DNA of 27,955 nucleotides from a virus. Its lineage: Duplodnaviria; Caudoviricetes. The notes under the pieces were generated by a model. It made no database searches, was not told where the DNA came from, and saw nothing but the letters and a program-made list of their open reading frames with translations. The stretch spans positions 1 through 27,955 of the IMG/VR virus record IMGVR_UViG_3300027859_000064; one strand, given 5' to 3'. The translations under genes were made by a program, and so were the position numbers. Of the stretch, positions 19,001 to 26,277 are shown one piece after another; position 1 is the first letter of the stretch; each line of letters opens with the position of its first letter.

Positions 19001-22000
19001 ATCGAAGAAACCATGTGGAATTGTAGTAACACCAGTGACTACATTACCTCTAACACTAAAGATAGTATTTTTCAGTGTAGTATCAGAAGTTGCAATAGAG
19101 ACAATATCTTTTCCTTTTACTTCAGCAATTTCAACATCAATTGATTCTTCATTGAAGTTGATTTGTTCACCAACCTTATAGTTAGAACCAGAGTTGAGAA
19201 CATCAACAGAACCAACCCTGGATGGTTTAATGTCTTGAATAGTAACTTTTACATCAGAAGACATGGCATCATTCAAGAAGACATACTCCCTAGAAGGATC
19301 ATTTAATCCGAGATGAGTTACATTCCTCTTATAATCACCAGTATTGATAGATCCATCAGATTGACTAATAAGAGAGTTGTAGTTGAAAGCGTCAGTTTGA
19401 TTGTAGTGTGACTTTGTAGTATATGGATATGCAAGACCAACAATAGAGGAGAAAGTCTCGACGTTATCTATAGTAGAGAAATATGCATATGTTCCCTCAG
19501 GGAATTCATCTGTTTTACAGAATCTTCCATTATACTCATCAAGATCACCAGATGCTTTATAAACATAGTCCTGGGTAAAGAATCCATCACTAAATCCAGA
19601 TGGTCTGAGTGTATCAGAACTTTCTAAATCAAGTTCATAACTTGATAACATTACTTTAGTTCCACCAGTATTTGCACCGTCAAATACTGCATTCGCAAAA
19701 CCATATGGACCATAGATTGGATTACCGTCATATGCCCATCCAACTATTGGGGAGTGAGCAAATCCTGTGGTGATTTCATCTCCATTACCATCAAGGTTAT
19801 CTTTTAATATACCACGATAATGTGCTCCGGGATAGAAAGACACTAACTTGGTTTCTTTCAGAGGAGTTCCAGAATGAATTTGAACCAGTTCTCTATTCAG
19901 TCTATCCTTTTTCAGGATTGAAGGATTATCCAGTTGGAGTGCTACTTTGTATCTTTCTACATCATTGAATTTCCATTCATGAATCTCTGGACTCAACTGA
20001 GCATTGACACCTGTTGGAACGACTTCTACTCTCGTATCTTGTCCATATCCACTACCACCATCAATAACATCGACTGAGGTGATTGCACCATTTGCAATAT
20101 TAGCAGTCAGTTTTGCTAACTGACCTTTACCAATAACATTGACTGTTGGGGGAGAAGTATATTCTATACCTGAACTTGCAACATATGCTGAAACAACCTT
20201 TCCATTAACAACAATTGCTTTAATGTCTGCTCCCTGTCCAGTCTGAACCTTGACTTCAACATCTCTCTTGTAGTTCATTACATCGGATACACCATACCCG
20301 ACACCACCATTTCTGACAAATACGTTGTCAAGTTTTCCAAGGATTACAGGAGAACCAGTGGCGTTATAATATGAAGGAATAGCATCAGTATTTCCAGCAG
20401 CAACGATTCCATTAATCTTAACAGTGATTGATGGATACTGGAACGTATGTGTACCGGCACCCACACTGGTAAGGTTCACATAGGACCTTTTATCAAAGTT
20501 GACACTACTGATAGCGTCTGGTGTTCCTGCTTCACTCAAGATGAATCTGTTCTTATCTAAGACAGTTACCTTATAATTTGCTGATGTTGATAGTCCACCA
20601 ATGGTAGTACCATCAAATGAATACTCTACATTATCACCAGTTTTGAAAGCGTGATTTCTTGCATAGATGAAATTCTTTTCAACGTTAACACCAACAAAGG
20701 ACTTGTAAATATCTTTCTGATCTGCTGGTGGCCATGCCACAGCATCTACAACTACTTTTCTGGTGGAGAAGTCGTCAGTAGAACCTGTAACAACAATCCT
20801 ATCAATAAACTTTCTTTGATCTCTAGATCTGAAGTTATGAGTACCAGTTCCAAAATTAGTTATATCGACTGTATTGATACCTGCCAACACATCAGATTTT
20901 GATACATGAATCTGCACATCAGTGGCACTGATTTTTCTAAGGAAGTATATTGCTTCAGATGTCAGTCTGTCTGTTCCAAAACCAACAGCAGTACTACCAA
21001 TACCAATAGGAGTTCCGGTGCTGGAGTATATAACTTCTTCAGTTTCTCCAAATCTATGATCAGGGATACTGATAACGTTACTAGCAAGTTTTACACCATC
21101 AAAATCATTGAAGTCCTTATCGTAGAAGAATCCTCTCAGTCTTGCCTCAGCAGTTGCCTCTGTTCCATTTCCTCCAGAAATTGTAATAACAGGAGTGTCT
21201 ACGTAATTAAAACCAGGAGTAGTAAGATCAATATCTTCAATCTTTCCCACAAATTGTCCTACAAAAGTGGCATCAGCACTTCCATCAGTATTTGCAATTC
21301 CAATTTCTGGTGGATTTACTACATCGTAACCAGTTCCTGGATTTAAAACATTAATAGAGTCTATTTGACCATAGAAGATTGAATCCTTTGAAATTGGTGA
21401 TTGGAATTCAACACCATTCAAAGCAACACCAATTGGTCCAATAATATCATTGTGTTCAGTTGCTGCTGCTGGTTTTCTATTAATTCTCTTAAACTGATTC
21501 TGATTAACAAGACTTCTATTAAACAAGGATGCTGGAGTCAGTCTGTGCTCACTAGATGCGCTAATACCAGTAAGGTTAGTAAAAACTTGATTATTGAGAG
21601 AAGCACGACTGAATGCTAATTTTACAGTATTGTTATCAACTACAGAAGTATAGTAATTTCCTGTGGTGATACCAGTAACACCAGAGGTTGATTCGTAGTA
21701 TACTCTTTCACCATTTTTAAAGTTATGATTAGCAATGGTAATCTCATTAGACAGTTGATCTATCTCCGAATCAGTAAAAGTTTTAGATCTGTTTGTCAGT
21801 TCTATATTATCGTAACCAGGAAGTCCCGAGAATGCGACGTATGCGTTCTTATCTGTGTCAACGAAAGTATTTTGGATATTTGCCAGAACACCATCAGCAT
21901 TGAGGTTGGTAGATCCAAAATCAAGTTTTTTCTTGATAAGATAATCTTTAGTGTTAACGAAAGTAGTGGTTATATTTCCAGAAACTGTAAATGTCTTTCT

Positions 22001-23707
22001 GTTATCTACATCAGAAACTTGCAGATCTGATTCTAATACTGATTTGTCATTTTTCAGTAAGATATCAACTTTGTCGCCCTGATATAAGTGGTGGTCAACT
22101 TCGGTTGTAAACGTTGTTCCAGTGACACTATCAACATTTGTAAGCACTACATTGTTGTAGAACCACCTGTTAAATCTTACATCATCCTCTTCTACCTTTT
22201 CGCCAAGATGCTTCACTCGAAGCATATCGTTCTTTCTGAACTGACTCGTGCCTGTTTTGTTTTCTGCAATCCCTATAACAGTGCCAACAACTCGCATAGT
22301 GACGAGTTTGTTGATATCATTATTCTCATAACCATATACAAAGTTTCCATCAATGATTGGGTCGTTCTCTACAAGAGTTGTAGAGAGTCCTACACAGTTA
22401 AAGAATTGATTAGCACTCTTACTTTCATATGTGACCAATTCCAGTACTTCATTGTCCTCATTGAGGAATGAACCACCATCTGGGAATCCAACGGTTGAAT
22501 CTACAGTCAGAGTTGTATTTGTAACACCAACACCCAAGACTCTGGTCTTTTTACTGACCATGAACTTATTTTCAATACTATTCTTGGGGAAGAATAATTT
22601 ATGGTAATACTTTGAACCTAAGAGGATAGTTTCAACTCTTGAAATAATTGCTCTTGCAGTTGGAGCATCAGTTGAACCCTGGAGCAAGGTGGTTTCTCCA
22701 AGATTTCTTGGATTTCCTTCAATTGCTTCTACAACCACTACATCTGACTGTGAGAAATTAGCAGCAGATGCTTGAATCGTATTATCGAATGGTTTCAGAA
22801 CTTCAACAAACTTTCCAAAGAGAACAGTGAAGAGAATCTTCAATGAAGTGTCAGTTCCCTTTGAACTATAGAAGTCTCTTGCTCTTGAAAGGATATTATC
22901 GATATTAACGCTCTGGAACTTCCTTTCTTCGATGCCTGGCAAGAACATCTTCTTGTACTTGCTGAAGAATTCTGCTAAGAATACCAGACCAAGATTAGTA
23001 AGAGTCGTTCCTGCTTCATGGAATGAAGTTCGACTGTTATTGAAGTTTAAGAACTCTCCACTGACATCATCAATGCCAGAAAATCCCCTGACACATCCAG
23101 TAAATGCAAAACTAGTAGCAGTAGGAAGAGTTGCACCTAATGGGTTAGTTTCATCAAGATCTAATACATCATCAAGAGCAGTTGGGTCATCAGAAATTGT
23201 AATTGTGTTAGAATCTATAACTTCTGTGACATAATACGTCTGACCAGCAATAACATTGGAAAATGACGTATCAAAAATAATACTTTGTGCTCTAAAAGAA
23301 TCTAAACCGACAGTAGATGTCAATTTGATAGTATTAGCAGTCGGATCGATTAAAGTGACCTTTTGGGCAAAAGATGATTTACCAGTATACGTAAAAATCT
23401 CTTCACCAATTTTTACAAGTCCATTTTTTGGCAAAAATCCCAAATGATTGGTAACTTCAATCACATCTTCATCGTTTGCGATGAATTTAGTCAGTGTTGG
23501 TGTAGTCGCAGTAAATTTGAGATTTACGTAACTCTCAATATCCTTTAATCTATCAATATTCTCTGCAAGAAAGATTGTTCCGTACTCATGTTCCTGAGAC
23601 AGATAGTATTGCTCTAAAAATTCTTTAAAGACTGGATTATCATCTAAAATAAAATCTGGAAGTTGACTTTCCAGAATATTGGAGATTTTTACTTTACTAT
23701 CTGACAT
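13052..23707 (-). CDS. gp7: Baseplate wedge initiator gp7-like giant multidomain protein (3551 aa)
   Basis: Lies between gp6 and gp8. N-terminal ILESQLPDFILDDNPVFKEFLEQYY and ARDFYSSKGTDTSLKILF, plus internal LHDNDYYQRFSYSI...WKEPVDSLDHTAG, are the conserved cores of cyanophage gp7-like proteins. The remainder consists of repeated beta modules. Confidence 0.85.
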   Translation of the reverse strand: MSDSKVKISNILESQLPDFILDDNPVFKEFLEQYYLSQEHEYGTIFLAENIDRLKDIESYVNLKFTATTPTLTKFIANDEDVIEVTNHLGFLPKNGLVKIGEEIFTYTGKSSFAQKVTLIDPTANTIKLTSTVGLDSFRAQSIIFDTSFSNVIAGQTYYVTEVIDSNTITISDDPTALDDVLDLDETNPLGATLPTATSFAFTGCVRGFSGIDDVSGEFLNFNNSRTSFHEAGTTLTNLGLVFLAEFFSKYKKMFLPGIEERKFQSVNIDNILSRARDFYSSKGTDTSLKILFTVLFGKFVEVLKPFDNTIQASAANFSQSDVVVVEAIEGNPRNLGETTLLQGSTDAPTARAIISRVETILLGSKYYHKLFFPKNSIENKFMVSKKTRVLGVGVTNTTLTVDSTVGFPDGGSFLNEDNEVLELVTYESKSANQFFNCVGLSTTLVENDPIIDGNFVYGYENNDINKLVTMRVVGTVIGIAENKTGTSQFRKNDMLRVKHLGEKVEEDDVRFNRWFYNNVVLTNVDSVTGTTFTTEVDHHLYQGDKVDILLKNDKSVLESDLQVSDVDNRKTFTVSGNITTTFVNTKDYLIKKKLDFGSTNLNADGVLANIQNTFVDTDKNAYVAFSGLPGYDNIELTNRSKTFTDSEIDQLSNEITIANHNFKNGERVYYESTSGVTGITTGNYYTSVVDNNTVKLAFSRASLNNQVFTNLTGISASSEHRLTPASLFNRSLVNQNQFKRINRKPAAATEHNDIIGPIGVALNGVEFQSPISKDSIFYGQIDSINVLNPGTGYDVVNPPEIGIANTDGSADATFVGQFVGKIEDIDLTTPGFNYVDTPVITISGGNGTEATAEARLRGFFYDKDFNDFDGVKLASNVISIPDHRFGETEEVIYSSTGTPIGIGSTAVGFGTDRLTSEAIYFLRKISATDVQIHVSKSDVLAGINTVDITNFGTGTHNFRSRDQRKFIDRIVVTGSTDDFSTRKVVVDAVAWPPADQKDIYKSFVGVNVEKNFIYARNHAFKTGDNVEYSFDGTTIGGLSTSANYKVTVLDKNRFILSEAGTPDAISSVNFDKRSYVNLTSVGAGTHTFQYPSITVKINGIVAAGNTDAIPSYYNATGSPVILGKLDNVFVRNGGVGYGVSDVMNYKRDVEVKVQTGQGADIKAIVVNGKVVSAYVASSGIEYTSPPTVNVIGKGQLAKLTANIANGAITSVDVIDGGSGYGQDTRVEVVPTGVNAQLSPEIHEWKFNDVERYKVALQLDNPSILKKDRLNRELVQIHSGTPLKETKLVSFYPGAHYRGILKDNLDGNGDEITTGFAHSPIVGWAYDGNPIYGPYGFANAVFDGANTGGTKVMLSSYELDLESSDTLRPSGFSDGFFTQDYVYKASGDLDEYNGRFCKTDEFPEGTYAYFSTIDNVETFSSIVGLAYPYTTKSHYNQTDAFNYNSLISQSDGSINTGDYKRNVTHLGLNDPSREYVFLNDAMSSDVKVTIQDIKPSRVGSVDVLNSGSNYKVGEQINFNEESIDVEIAEVKGKDIVSIATSDTTLKNTIFSVRGNVVTGVTTIPHGFFDGDVVEITGIGSAIYKNLEGFTPVGVATVITNTTVAIGATTATGITTTITLAASTFTNKFAVNDIVKVGNELMKIVGVDNVNNNYKVTRIVNNSTGSNHGTNAIVQLQPQVFRFIIDQELENKNIQIGYQANFAKSALGIGATYFSSVVGVAGSANVTVSIPDRAIFLPGHKFNTGDQLSIVSVGGTIRASAKSDLSNNFDISTTSLFAVKKGTDFIGLATSKAFVGINSTIYFVAASTGDNHTLQQVKENLTGTVKKVFADVGVATAHGLQLGDEVTFGITPNEVQQFVLKFNSDLNKLVVDPKTFAPTGITTIASNIVSVKHGLNTGDLVVYTNAVGVATPLQSSREYYAIKIDEDTFRLAETRVDALEFPFQNIIITEQGHGTHEVAKINPKIEIFNGGRFALNTSDTSLSGYDINFYKDNDFQCRYESINFKRDGIIGDGVAGTQIIVDINKDLLNNFYYRIEGDDVNFTDTFPTSVDETVDNYSTITKVESKFNQNYKITGIGDTTFSFTLVGAAETTSYTPAGFSTGFYSTSSLTAVGGIHSVKVVNDGKNIKNFPAITSIGTTTGVNADLKLMNTEIGEVTDEVVTIPGIDFSEDHTIKPKTDSSLVLRLKNIRTLKGVGIVTAGNNYNVPPKVVAIGNDSIITKTTLEGGSVGDVEVISSDSNLREDLRIIATNNSNGVGVVNATSASGVNEISLKAPQTLAGFGDNFPFAVGDQIFVENIQITNAPLADGYNSSDYGFRTFEVTAVNKVAGTESVSYRITGLGFTGGDYNIAQNAQFGRVIKATDLATFKPEFDSIRFTEGEIIVDANDPNIFGVVAMDGWDEESGILRLNGVSGKFTEDSVVRGTVGNFKATISEITKFDFDLEVGSTSRDAGMWKDDIGKMNDTLQRLHDNDYYQRFSYSIRGEIPLETWKEPVDSLDHTAGYKNFSDFQIITFPPKKANVSIADTSEFNLLVDIENEASVHSRISYDLASEDTESAGLSKIIKFDSKVITDYNESRTNKVLMIDDIGPQFSGVGNSAGQLVGLSTFTIFTDGKSMLHHTVNPATGIGASIITITDHNFNTGEELVYDPTNAGINTGSRLSIGSTAVPGIGVTTLLPDTVFAVRVTKDQFKVAISTADLALGRFVSFTNSVGIGSTQSFSTEDDLATTRSMITVDNIIQSPIAVKPVGVAITMSEAVGIGSTQITVSDSSKIVGKSLLRFGDGEIVKVDLVNAGNVLNVQRGAMGTVAAAHTVGAASSVVTGDYRIKQGKIYFSDAPYGPAGVVGITTRSTFSGRIFYRLNYDKNVILDDISESFNGTTDQFAMISSGAAVTGITTSHGAVLINNIFQKPFLSPIGSILVADYRITKSVDGEDIDFTGTGPIGDLPRGGIINEFTATSGINYTVPARAIGVAVVNGSGVITGVTVGVGSTGVRSGGGGHLFAPNVSIADTLGGGTGAAVTATVGAGGTITGFTINSGGTGYTQATPPLVFTDEPAPYKGLTLTGGTGSGAEMDVVVGTGGSIISFNMSNRGIGYKEGDVLELSGLPFDPVGIGSTNMLVTVDNKFQDKFSGWAFGQLLELDDFSIGFNGARTNFLITRTETTKEFYSIVAQEGSGVILQNNFLIFMNDVLQKPGVDYEFNGGTRLKFKEAPRAGSKFRMYFYTGSENDFLKVDVDETIKRGDRLRLQYQDPFASQEQRVIYELIASDTVETETYTGVGINTDNSFLRPVEWTKQTSDVIIDGRSISKKRNSLEPQYYPSTNIIAPVGDTDTSISVENAWTFEKIDNLGQTQQDVRLVGVAATDANIPVVETIQQVSYEGDYGLIEDITEFAGGESGAVNSLATLKFKVIPHPDIFFPLAKANKVRFTGISTGDYFVVRNTRIGTGVTSIDGDVSTIVANGEDFIDNVYRAASIVAIAGTDAKLVSANVLSVVGVNTALPDTFNIKKYGDFSWGKIITGSRNGSSFVFQKDNPLSGVTTSAHVSRITELKAQY

Positions 23708-23710
23708 TTC

Positions 23711-25621
23711 TTATCGAGTAAATTTCGTGCTGCTAGTGTAACTTGAAGGAGGAACGTAATTTGAACCAGATCTGCTTGATCCTGAAGTGATCAAGTCTTC
23801 TTTCAACGTTAAAACACTTTTTCCTGTAGTATCTAGGACGATATAAAGGTTCTCTTTTGCGAGAATGTCATTCGACTCAGGTGTGACTCCAATTTCAATA
23901 CGATTGTCAAGAACAGTCGATGAAATGTTGATTGGGAAGAGAATAATCTCGCCTTTTACGTAATCAACAGTTCCAGCATTCTCAATAACGTTTACAATCT
24001 CTCTTTCTTCATTAAATTTAAAGATTGATATAGATCCAGTCGTTGGTGCAACCTGCTGTGGTCTTCCAGGAATGGTAATATCAGTATCAGGGACATCAGT
24101 CAAGAAACAAGTTCCAGTAATACCAGAAACTGTGAATCCAGACGATCTCAGATTGAAACCTTCGACTTCAGCATGGAATGCATTTGCATAACAGAGTTCA
24201 TAGTTAGCAAGAGTATCGTATGCAGGAACTAAATTCCTTCTCATCGTCAGATTCGTGATATTTGAAGTAATTCCGCTATCAACATTGTCAATCATGCGGA
24301 GAAGTTTACTATACTTCAGTCTTCCACCGAAAGAATTGATATCAGTTGACTTAGAATAGTTTACAATTGCATTTTGGACTCTAGTAAACAGATCTTCAGT
24401 GTTTGTAACACTTCCTGGGTCATATGATACTGTGCTATCATACTCCACATATAGGTATTTCAGATCTAAGAACTCCTGACGAATACCAGCAATGGTGTAT
24501 TTCTTCAAATTACTCTTAATATTGTCTTTTGCGATATCAGAGAGAAAATCACCATTTTTAGGTTTGATTGTAATGAAGACTTTACCGTATTGTGGGGGAT
24601 CTAAATCTTCACCACCGTATGCAGAGACAGATTCGACGTTAGGATACAGAAAAGGTATGAGTGAGGTGTAATCATCGGCAGTGACCGCTCTGTATTGCGA
24701 TGCATAGACCCTAGGAGCAAGGTATTTGATGGTATCGATGTCTTCTATGTCATCACCCATCTCCGCCGCTTGTAGGGTCGTTATAGCGGAGATGTTATTT
24801 GTTACATTTCGGTCTTTTCCTTCTTTTCTGGCAACTAATTGACCAGAGAAAGTGAAACTGCTAGCACCATTTGCTGCTTCACCAGTTGTTTCAATATAAG
24901 TGACCTCAACCTTTGCACCATTTGCAGGTCTCTTACCTAAAATGTTGTCTCCGAAGAGAATTTGATATCTTTCATCCGAAATTTCTTGTATAAGATACAA
25001 ACGAGTGGCGGCATCAACGTTAAAAATGTTTGTATATGGCGTATATTCCTCTATTGACGTTCCAACAGTCCGAACACGGATAGAAGAAGTGTCAATATTC
25101 GGAGTTGGTAGGATATATTTCTGATCTGGTTGAGAATCATCGATTGTAAAGGTCTTTTTCAGTAAATTTCCCTCCATAATCTCAATATTACTGAAAGTTG
25201 CCACTCCTTGGGAGTTTGGACTTACTGTAATGTCCTCTGGAATCGAGAAAATGTAGTTTGAGTTCTCTGCACCACCCAGTGCAACTACACCTTTCTTCAA
25301 TGTGACCGATCTAGCACTGACTTGGGCACTAAAAGTGATCCTTGCAGTTGCTGATTTCTTTGATCTGGGGACATATCCAATATTTCTTGCTAAAGATACG
25401 ACATTTTCCCTTAATGTCGCACTATCAATGAACGATTCGTTCACTGCCATGTTAGTGTTGTAGGCAGTGATATAAGAATTATATGCTAACGTGTCGATTA
25501 GGATCGAAAAGTTCGATCCTTCAAAGTCGAAGTCCGTAAAATTACTATTCGATCGCAGATAATCTTTTATCTGCTCCCTAATATCGTTAAAATCGAGATT
25601 GGTAAATTGATTGAATGCCAT
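23711..25621 (-). CDS. gp6: Baseplate wedge subunit gp6
   Basis: LDFNDIREQIKDYLR..FTDFDFEGSNFSILIDTLAYNSY, ESFIDSATLRENVVSLARNIGYVPRS, QYRAVTADDY and AYGGEDLDPPQYGKVFI are gp6 motifs. Confidence 0.96.
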   Translation of the reverse strand: MAFNQFTNLDFNDIREQIKDYLRSNSNFTDFDFEGSNFSILIDTLAYNSYITAYNTNMAVNESFIDSATLRENVVSLARNIGYVPRSKKSATARITFSAQVSARSVTLKKGVVALGGAENSNYIFSIPEDITVSPNSQGVATFSNIEIMEGNLLKKTFTIDDSQPDQKYILPTPNIDTSSIRVRTVGTSIEEYTPYTNIFNVDAATRLYLIQEISDERYQILFGDNILGKRPANGAKVEVTYIETTGEAANGASSFTFSGQLVARKEGKDRNVTNNISAITTLQAAEMGDDIEDIDTIKYLAPRVYASQYRAVTADDYTSLIPFLYPNVESVSAYGGEDLDPPQYGKVFITIKPKNGDFLSDIAKDNIKSNLKKYTIAGIRQEFLDLKYLYVEYDSTVSYDPGSVTNTEDLFTRVQNAIVNYSKSTDINSFGGRLKYSKLLRMIDNVDSGITSNITNLTMRRNLVPAYDTLANYELCYANAFHAEVEGFNLRSSGFTVSGITGTCFLTDVPDTDITIPGRPQQVAPTTGSISIFKFNEEREIVNVIENAGTVDYVKGEIILFPINISSTVLDNRIEIGVTPESNDILAKENLYIVLDTTGKSVLTLKEDLITSGSSRSGSNYVPPSSYTSSTKFTR

Positions 25622-26019
25622 TATATCCTAGATGGTTGTAATAGAAACTCTACATTCTGTGTAGGGACTGGTAATCCAACAATATCGTACTCAATTTTAA
25701 CGAATAAGTCGTTAGAATCGGTCTGAGCCTCAGCAAAAACGTTGGTCAGATCAATTCTAGGTTCATAATTCTGCAATAGTGTGATAATTTCTTCCCTTAA
25801 TACATCATTATCAAATGTATCTAATTCAAAAAGTGCATCAGCAACAGATGTTCCCAAAATATCATTGAAAAATCTCTCTCCGACTGCAGTTCGGACGAGA
25901 TTTATAACAGATTTCTTGATTGCGTCCTCATTTTTGAGGGCAGTCACATCGTTTGTAATGGGATGACGCTTAAAAGAGAGACTTATATCCCTAAAACTAC
26001 GTGAACGCTTAATTGGCAT
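25621..26019 (-). CDS. gp25: Baseplate wedge subunit gp25 (sheath polymerisation initiator, GPW/gp25 family)
   Basis: FRDISLSFKRHPITND...NEDAIKKSVINLVRTAVGERFF...LLQNYEPRI. The stop overlaps the gp6 start (TAATG). Confidence 0.93.
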   Translation of the reverse strand: MPIKRSRSFRDISLSFKRHPITNDVTALKNEDAIKKSVINLVRTAVGERFFNDILGTSVADALFELDTFDNDVLREEIITLLQNYEPRIDLTNVFAEAQTDSNDLFVKIEYDIVGLPVPTQNVEFLLQPSRI

Positions 26020-26043
26020 CTGCTTCGATACACTTCAACATAC

Positions 26044-26051
26044 TATCTATA
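26044..26051 (-). promoter_or_regulatory. Probable variant late promoter TATAGATA
   Basis: One mismatch to TATAAATA. It is intergenic and about 25 nt upstream of the gp25 ATG, a spacing like that of the perfect sites. Confidence 0.6.
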
Positions 26052-26055
26052 ATGG

Positions 26056-26277
26056 TTAGTATCGATTTGGTATTGAATCGTAAGATGATTCTTCCGAAAG
26101 TACCTGTTTTTTAGCACCACCAACGGGTTTTGCCTCGTCATTGAGCACTTCTTTCAACTCAACAGGAGTATCTTGAGGTGCTTCACCGGGTAATGACCAG
26201 TGATCTGTGACCAAATGGGTCGTTCCCCATGTTTCTTTCATGTACTTGCTGTCTCTATCAACTGGTGAGTTACCCAT
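26056..26277 (-). CDS. Small hypothetical late protein (73 aa)
   Basis: In AAAGAGGATGAAAATG the SD-like GAGG lies 6 nt before the second ATG (26277, MGNSPVDRD...), which favours it over 26283. A late promoter lies just upstream. Confidence 0.75.
   Translation of the reverse strand: MGNSPVDRDSKYMKETWGTTHLVTDHWSLPGEAPQDTPVELKEVLNDEAKPVGGAKKQVLSEESSYDSIPNRY

Noticed and set aside
4111-23707. Possibility that the giant ORFs owe their size to inteins or homing endonucleases
   Set aside because: I saw no intein splice motifs (C...HN-C/S/T with blocks A/B/G) and no LAGLIDADG or HNH signatures. Repeated beta modules explain the size.
25621-26019. 'Lysozyme' label often attached to gp25
   Set aside because: This is a legacy annotation. 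gp25-family proteins are structural sheath initiators, and no catalytic motif is evident.
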